Source: an uncultured delta proteobacterium (lineage in GTDB: Bacteria; Desulfobacterota; Desulfobacteria; Desulfobacterales; B30-G6). From it: a stretch of DNA of 64,000 bases. The position numbers and the translations under genes were made by a program. Positions within the stretch are counted from its first letter, which is position 1; each line of letters starts with the position of its first letter. Where the stretch lies: positions 320,001-384,000 of the forward strand of contig CAWGLD010000005.1 in the NCBI GenBank assembly GCA_963823335.1. The letters run 5' to 3'. Below are positions 59,145-64,000 of this stretch, one piece after another. Below the pieces are notes generated by a model. The model saw only the letters and a list, made by a program, of their open reading frames with translations, had not been told where the DNA came from and did no database searches.

Positions 59145-59822
59145 ATGCGTATTCTGCTAATAGAAGACGACCGCAAAATTGCCTCTTTCATTGAAAAAGG
59201 GCTGACGGCGGATGGATTTGCCGTGGATCAGGCATTTAGCGGTGAAGACGGACTTCATTTGGCGCTGACAGAGCCCTATGATGCCGCCATCGTGGACATC
59301 ATGCTCCCTGAAAGGGACGGTCTGAGTATTATCCAGGAAATGCGGAAACGCAGTATTGAAACACCCGTCATTATTCTAAGCGCCAAAAGCAAGATTGACG
59401 ACCGTGTTAAAGGACTGCAGTCAGGTGGTGATGATTACCTTACCAAGCCCTTTGCATTTTCCGAACTTCTGGCCCGTATTCAGGCACTGATCCGTCGTGC
59501 CAGTGGAACCAGAGAGCCCACCAGTCTCGAATACAAAGGACTGTCCATGCATCTCCTCAGCCGTGAGATCATACGTGATGGTGAGAAGATCGATCTGCAA
59601 CCACTGGAATATTCTTTACTGGAATATTTGATGCGCAACGCTGAACGGGTGGTTTCTAAGACCATGATCATGGAGCATGTCTGGAACTATAACTTTGATC
59701 CCCAGACCAACGTGGTCGAGGCAAGGATCTGCAAGCTGCGAGATAAAATCGACAAGGCATCTGAAAAAAAACTGATACATACCGTCCGTGGTGTGGGATA
59801 TGTACTCAAAGAAAGGCCTTAA
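59145..59822 (+). CDS. OmpR-family response regulator (CusR/CopR-like)
   Basis: IEDD, DIMLP..DG, GDDYLTKPFAFSELLAR, VWNYNFDPQTNVVE, TVRGVGY. Confidence 0.93.
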   Translation: MRILLIEDDRKIASFIEKGLTADGFAVDQAFSGEDGLHLALTEPYDAAIVDIMLPERDGLSIIQEMRKRSIETPVIILSAKSKIDDRVKGLQSGGDDYLTKPFAFSELLARIQALIRRASGTREPTSLEYKGLSMHLLSREIIRDGEKIDLQPLEYSLLEYLMRNAERVVSKTMIMEHVWNYNFDPQTNVVEARICKLRDKIDKASEKKLIHTVRGVGYVLKERP

Positions 59823-61206
59823 GGTCCGCCATACACTGGCATTTCGACTGACGCTCTGGTACGCCGGTATTTTCTCGCTGTCAGCCAGTATTGCCTTTAT
59901 CTTTTTTTATCTTCTCATGACATCCATGTTCAGGGACCAGACAGACAGGGACCTGTACCGCCAGGCAGGCATTTTCTCCATGATCATGGCAACGGACGGC
60001 GTAGAGGCTGTCAAACGATTCGCTGACCTGGAATCCCAAGCGTCAGGCGAAAAAAAGATTTTTTACCGAATGTTTTATCCGACGGGAATATCTTTTTCTT
60101 CCTCGAACATGTCCTACTGGCAAGATATTGGGGTGACCAGGGCCAATATAGAGCAGGCCTTACACGGCAACTCACAAATTTATGAAACTCTCACCATCCC
60201 GAACCGGACCGAGCAGGTCCGTATTCTTTACAGTAACATCGGTGCCGGTGTGATTCTCCAACTGGGTCAATCCCTGGAAAATGTGGCAAGCTTTGTGGAG
60301 GCATTCAGGCAAATTGTCATTGCCACACTGGCTATGCTGGTACTGCTGTCGGCCGGTTTCGGGTGGTTTCTGGCGCGCAGGGCCGTATCCGGTGTTCAGG
60401 CTGTGACACGCACCGCACGAAGCATTACTGCCGGATCTCTCCAAGAACGTGTACCTGTCAATACCCGTGGTGATGAAATTGACCAGTTGGCAACGACGTT
60501 CAATGCCATGCTGGACCGGATACAACACCTGGTGGAGGGCATCCGGGAAATCAGTGACAACGTGGCCCACGATTTAAAGAGTCCCCTCACACGCATAAGG
60601 GGAGCTGCTGAGATTGCTCTTACCACCGGGAAAAGCATGCGGGAATTCGAACAAATGGCCGCCAGCAATATCGAAGAGTGCGATCGACTGCTGGACATGA
60701 TCAACACCATGTTGATGATATCCCAGACAGAAGCGGGTGTCGGCGAATTGGAAAACGTCCAAGTGGATATAACACAAATTGTAAAACATGCCTGTGACCT
60801 GTTTCAACCCATGGCGGCAGACAAGGCTGTCGATCTGGTGTGTGAAGAGTTAGAAACAGCACGCCTGAAGGGGGACATGTCTCTGCTGCAGCGCATGGTG
60901 GCGAATCTGGTGGACAACGCCATTAAGTATACGCAAGCCGGAGGGCGCGTGGATGTTTCTGTTCATGTCAAGGATCGTCATCAGATTGTTTTGACGGTTG
61001 CCGATTCGGGTGTGGGAATTTCAAAAATGGAACTGCCGCACATCTTCGAGCGATTTTACCGCTGCGACCCGAGTCGGTCAACAACAGGGGCCGGTCTGGG
61101 GCTCAGCCTGGCCAAGGCCATCGTCCAGGCGCACCAGGGGCGAATCACCGTGCAGAGTCAAACAGGGCAGGGGAGCACCTTCCAGGTGCTATTGCCACAC
61201 AAATAA
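59800..61206 (+). CDS. HAMP sensor histidine kinase (CusS-like)
   Basis: RLTLWY, two TM segments, HAMP, AHDLKSPL, NAIKY, FERFYR, GLGL. Confidence 0.93.
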   Translation: MYSKKGLKVRHTLAFRLTLWYAGIFSLSASIAFIFFYLLMTSMFRDQTDRDLYRQAGIFSMIMATDGVEAVKRFADLESQASGEKKIFYRMFYPTGISFSSSNMSYWQDIGVTRANIEQALHGNSQIYETLTIPNRTEQVRILYSNIGAGVILQLGQSLENVASFVEAFRQIVIATLAMLVLLSAGFGWFLARRAVSGVQAVTRTARSITAGSLQERVPVNTRGDEIDQLATTFNAMLDRIQHLVEGIREISDNVAHDLKSPLTRIRGAAEIALTTGKSMREFEQMAASNIEECDRLLDMINTMLMISQTEAGVGELENVQVDITQIVKHACDLFQPMAADKAVDLVCEELETARLKGDMSLLQRMVANLVDNAIKYTQAGGRVDVSVHVKDRHQIVLTVADSGVGISKMELPHIFERFYRCDPSRSTTGAGLGLSLAKAIVQAHQGRITVQSQTGQGSTFQVLLPHK

Positions 61207-61261
61207 AACCATGAAACGACTTTACTCGCCTTTTATATTGAAGCGCAACAAGCCTCGCAAA

Positions 61262-61289
61262 CCCTGCCGCTTGCCGCGGGGTTCTTCAA
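61262..61289 (-). repeat. Dispersed REP/MITE-like element, partial copy 5
   Basis: CCCTGCCGCTTGCCGCGGGGTTCTTCAA matches the family terminus. Confidence 0.6.
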
Positions 61290-61304
61290 TCTGATGCGTC
61301 CGCA

Positions 61305-61326
61305 AAGATTACCAAATGGTAATTTT
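61305..61326. promoter_or_regulatory. Putative CusR/CopR-type binding box upstream of degQ
   Basis: Palindrome ATTACCA-AA-TGGTAAT about 90 nt before the degQ ATG. Confidence 0.45.
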
Positions 61327-61412
61327 CCGATCATGTTCCGGTTAGGTTGCTGTAGTATTTTGTCCTTAAAGGTCATTGTGACCGTCAATCGCGAACACAA
61401 GGAGACACTACC

Positions 61413-62855
61413 ATGATCAAGAAAATCAAAAAATGCAACTATATAGTGATGGCCGTGCTGGTAGGCATATTGGCAGGTTTCATACCGGTTGTATCTGCCA
61501 CAACCCCGGAAACAGGCGTCGTTATGGTGCCCAACAATTTCAGCCAGCTTGCCAAAGATGCCAGGCCGAGTGTGGTCAATATTCGAACCGTCACCACGGT
61601 CAAAGATGGGGGCAGGGTTTTTAAACATTTTTTTGGCGCGCCCCCTAACGGCCAGAAAAATCCCTTTGACGAGTTCTGGGGGCCATTTCAGGATAATCAG
61701 CCCCAGCGGGATTTCAAACAACGGAGCCTTGGATCAGGGTTTATCATCGACAAAGAAGGGTATATCGTGACCAACAACCATGTGGTGGAAAATGCCGATC
61801 AGATAAAGGTCAAACTGGCCAATGAAAAGGAATTTGATGCAGAGATAGTGGGCCGGGACCCCAAAACCGACCTGGCGTTGATCAAGATATCGGCCAATAC
61901 CGAGCTCTCCCCCATCAAGATGGGGGATTCTGACAAGACAAACGTGGGCAACTGGGTGGTTGCCATCGGCAGTCCTTTTGGACTGGAACAGACTGTAACT
62001 GCGGGTATTGTCAGTGCCAAAGGCAGGATCATCGGGTTCGGCCCCTACGAAGATTTTATTCAGACAGACGCATCCATCAACCCCGGCAACAGCGGGGGGC
62101 CCTTGATCAACATGCAGGGAGAAGTCGTGGGGATCAACACGGCTATCGTTGCCAGTGGCCAGGGGATTGGATTTGCCATACCCGTCAACATGGCCAAGGA
62201 TATTGTCGCACAGTTAAAAACATCCGGTGAAGTGACCCGGGGCTGGCTCGGTGTCGGTATCCAGGACCTTTCGACGGAATTAAAGCAGTATTACGGTGTC
62301 GAGAGCAATGGGGGCGTCCTGATTACCCAGGTGTTCGAAGGTGATCCGGCTGAAAAAGCCGGGATTGAACCGAATGATATTATCGTTGAAATCGGTGGCC
62401 AGACCGTGACCTCCGCCCGGGAACTTTCCGGGATCATTGCCAATACCGAAATCGGCAAGAAAACCACCATCAAGCTTCTGCGGAATGGAAAGCAAAAAAC
62501 CGTCCAGGTGGAACTGGCCAAGCGGGATGATGACAAAATGACCGCCAAGGCACCGGGCCAAGAAAGCAATGACGATATCGGGATTCAGCTCATGGATTTA
62601 TCTGACGAGGGTGCCAGTCGATTCGGCTTTGAAGCGGATGAGAAGGGTGTTCTGGTCATCGGCATCAAACCCGGCGCTAAAGCGGAAGGTGCCGGTGTTC
62701 AACGTGGTGATCTTATAAAGGAAGTCAACCACGTGCGGGTTTCTTCTATTCGTGAGTATACCAATCAGATAAAGAAAATAGACGATGGTGACGAGGTGCA
62801 ATTCCTGATTCGTAGGGCTCGGGAGGGGTTTGTGGTCGTCGCCTTTACAAAATAA
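61413..62855 (+). CDS. degQ: DegP/DegQ (HtrA) serine protease with two PDZ domains
   Basis: Signal peptide, GSGFI, TNNHVV, DLALIK, QTDASINPGNSGGPL, RGWLGV. Confidence 0.93.
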   Translation: MIKKIKKCNYIVMAVLVGILAGFIPVVSATTPETGVVMVPNNFSQLAKDARPSVVNIRTVTTVKDGGRVFKHFFGAPPNGQKNPFDEFWGPFQDNQPQRDFKQRSLGSGFIIDKEGYIVTNNHVVENADQIKVKLANEKEFDAEIVGRDPKTDLALIKISANTELSPIKMGDSDKTNVGNWVVAIGSPFGLEQTVTAGIVSAKGRIIGFGPYEDFIQTDASINPGNSGGPLINMQGEVVGINTAIVASGQGIGFAIPVNMAKDIVAQLKTSGEVTRGWLGVGIQDLSTELKQYYGVESNGGVLITQVFEGDPAEKAGIEPNDIIVEIGGQTVTSARELSGIIANTEIGKKTTIKLLRNGKQKTVQVELAKRDDDKMTAKAPGQESNDDIGIQLMDLSDEGASRFGFEADEKGVLVIGIKPGAKAEGAGVQRGDLIKEVNHVRVSSIREYTNQIKKIDDGDEVQFLIRRAREGFVVVAFTK

Positions 62856-62875
62856 TAATATCGTGTCACGATATT

Positions 62876-63304
62876 TTAAAGGAAAGGGATCGGTTTACCG
62901 GTTCGGAATGCAAGGGCCTGACAGGTGGCGATGAGCTTTCTGTCGGGCCCGTATACGTTGATGTCATACGAGGCTGTTTTTTTAGTACGGCTTATTTCAC
63001 GGGCTTCGGCCCGAAGTCTTGAATTGTCTTCCGGGCTGGCAATATAGGTAACGTTGACATTCAGCGCAACGGCAATGGTTCCATGTGTCTGGCAGGCTGT
63101 TTCAAATGCCTCGTCAATCAACGCAAAAATGGCGCCTCCGTGGGCTCGGTCATAAATATTGCTCATCATGTCAGGCTGGTATACCATTTCGACTGCAGAG
63201 GTTCCGGTGTCCAATTCCACCAGTTCGATCTTGAATGTGCGGGCCAGGGACTCGTTCCTGACTGCGGATTCGATGGCGTTTTTAATCTTTTGATCCATAT
63301 TCAT
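62876..63304 (-). CDS. PaaI-family thioesterase
   Basis: N....AHGGAIFALIDEAF; ATG at 63304. The longer track ORF runs into a repeat. Confidence 0.88.
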   Translation of the reverse strand: MNMDQKIKNAIESAVRNESLARTFKIELVELDTGTSAVEMVYQPDMMSNIYDRAHGGAIFALIDEAFETACQTHGTIAVALNVNVTYIASPEDNSRLRAEAREISRTKKTASYDINVYGPDRKLIATCQALAFRTGKPIPFL

Positions 63305-63329
63305 ATGCTCTTTGTGAGGGGTAAAAAAA

Positions 63330-63403
63330 TAATCACGAAAACACGAAAGCATGAAAACACGAAATATTTAAAGATCTTTTTCGTACCTTCGTGTTTTCGT
63401 GAT
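63330..63403. repeat. Inverted cassette (ACGAAAAC)n ... (GTTTTCGT)n
   Basis: Perfect 16-bp IR ATCACGAAAACACGAA / TTCGTGTTTTCGTGAT; 18-nt identity with 4686-4703. Confidence 0.8.
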
Positions 63404-63433
63404 AAATGATCTTTAGCTTTTTCCCGTTGGCCC

Positions 63434-64000
63434 TCAACTGGTCGGGTACTTATCGGAAAGCCAATCGGTCAGTTGTCTGACGCTGGTGATGTTATTTGAA
63501 ATCAGAATATCGACGATGTCGATACCGGCGATACATACTAGCGGATGATTCTGCTTTCTGATTGCTTCATATGCATGCTGTGTTATGACAGACGTCGTCA
63601 CCAGTACGCCAAACTGCTGGTCTTCCAACCGGGAGAGCATCTTAGATATTTCCTTTGTGCCGATGGATTTGCGTTTGCGGGTCCCGATACCGGGATTATA
63701 GCATTTGGCTTCTACGAGAAATCCCAGGTAATTCGGATCGGTATCAATACCCAGTCGAAAATTGCCGGTGATGGCATAGGGTTCGTCAGATGAATGACGT
63801 CTGACGCGTTCCAGGGAAATCTTTGAATCGGTCAGGGCATAAATATCAGCGGCGAAGTGCAGGAACTTATAGGATGCCGAGGAAAAATAGCGGTAAAGCT
63901 TGACGAGCATGGTTTTGCGAAGTTCATCCTTTGGCAGTTGCATGCCCGATGATCTGACATGCTGGCGATGCTTTGGTTGGAGGGGGCGATAAAGTCCACT
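63434..64000 (-). CDS. Partial CDS: C-terminal Mrr-like domain of an MspJI/AspBHI-type modification-dependent restriction endonuclease
   Basis: Frame stays open to the window end (SGLYRPLQPKHRQHVRSSG-MQLP...); EAKCY, EISKMLSRL..QQFGVLVTTS and AYE.I....HPL motifs. Confidence 0.75.
   Translation of the reverse strand, partial: SGLYRPLQPKHRQHVRSSGMQLPKDELRKTMLVKLYRYFSSASYKFLHFAADIYALTDSKISLERVRRHSSDEPYAITGNFRLGIDTDPNYLGFLVEAKCYNPGIGTRKRKSIGTKEISKMLSRLEDQQFGVLVTTSVITQHAYEAIRKQNHPLVCIAGIDIVDILISNNITSVRQLTDWLSDKYPTS

Overview
Chromosomal segment of a deltaproteobacterium, most like a Desulfobacterales sulfate reducer (inferred from gene content). There is no CRISPR array, prophage, rRNA or intact transposase. 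Core genes are queC/queE, hisB/hisA, dnaG-rpoD, tRNA-Ala(CGC), tRNA-Ile2/Met(CAT), nif3, a zinc-ribbon gene, RNase P RNA, ispD, cysQ, cutA, yqeY and degQ. Envelope and signalling genes include ExbB/ExbD/TonB, a MarR-RND efflux operon, CopA, a hybrid PAS kinase, an HD-GYP protein, two PilZ proteins and a CusR/S-like two-component system. The best candidates for undescribed biology are: (1) a secreted protein with about 20 DxDxDG repeats in front of an ExbBD-TonB motor with no adjacent receptor; (2) an unannotated atypical protein-kinase-like gene beside a Cys-based phosphatase; (3) a single dynamin-like GTPase plus orphan ParA, with a divergent 52-aa four-Cys ORF missing from the ORF track; (4) a stand-alone YcaO-TPR gene coupled to cysQ-copA-SLOG; (5) a WYL-led operon ending in a SprT/DUF2786 protease; (6) an MspJI/AspBHI-like nuclease with an apparently lost catalytic Asp; (7) pervasive, sometimes nested, inverted 7-8-nt tandem-repeat cassettes and REP-like elements in the intergenic DNA. 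All product calls come from motif recognition by eye; no database searches were run.
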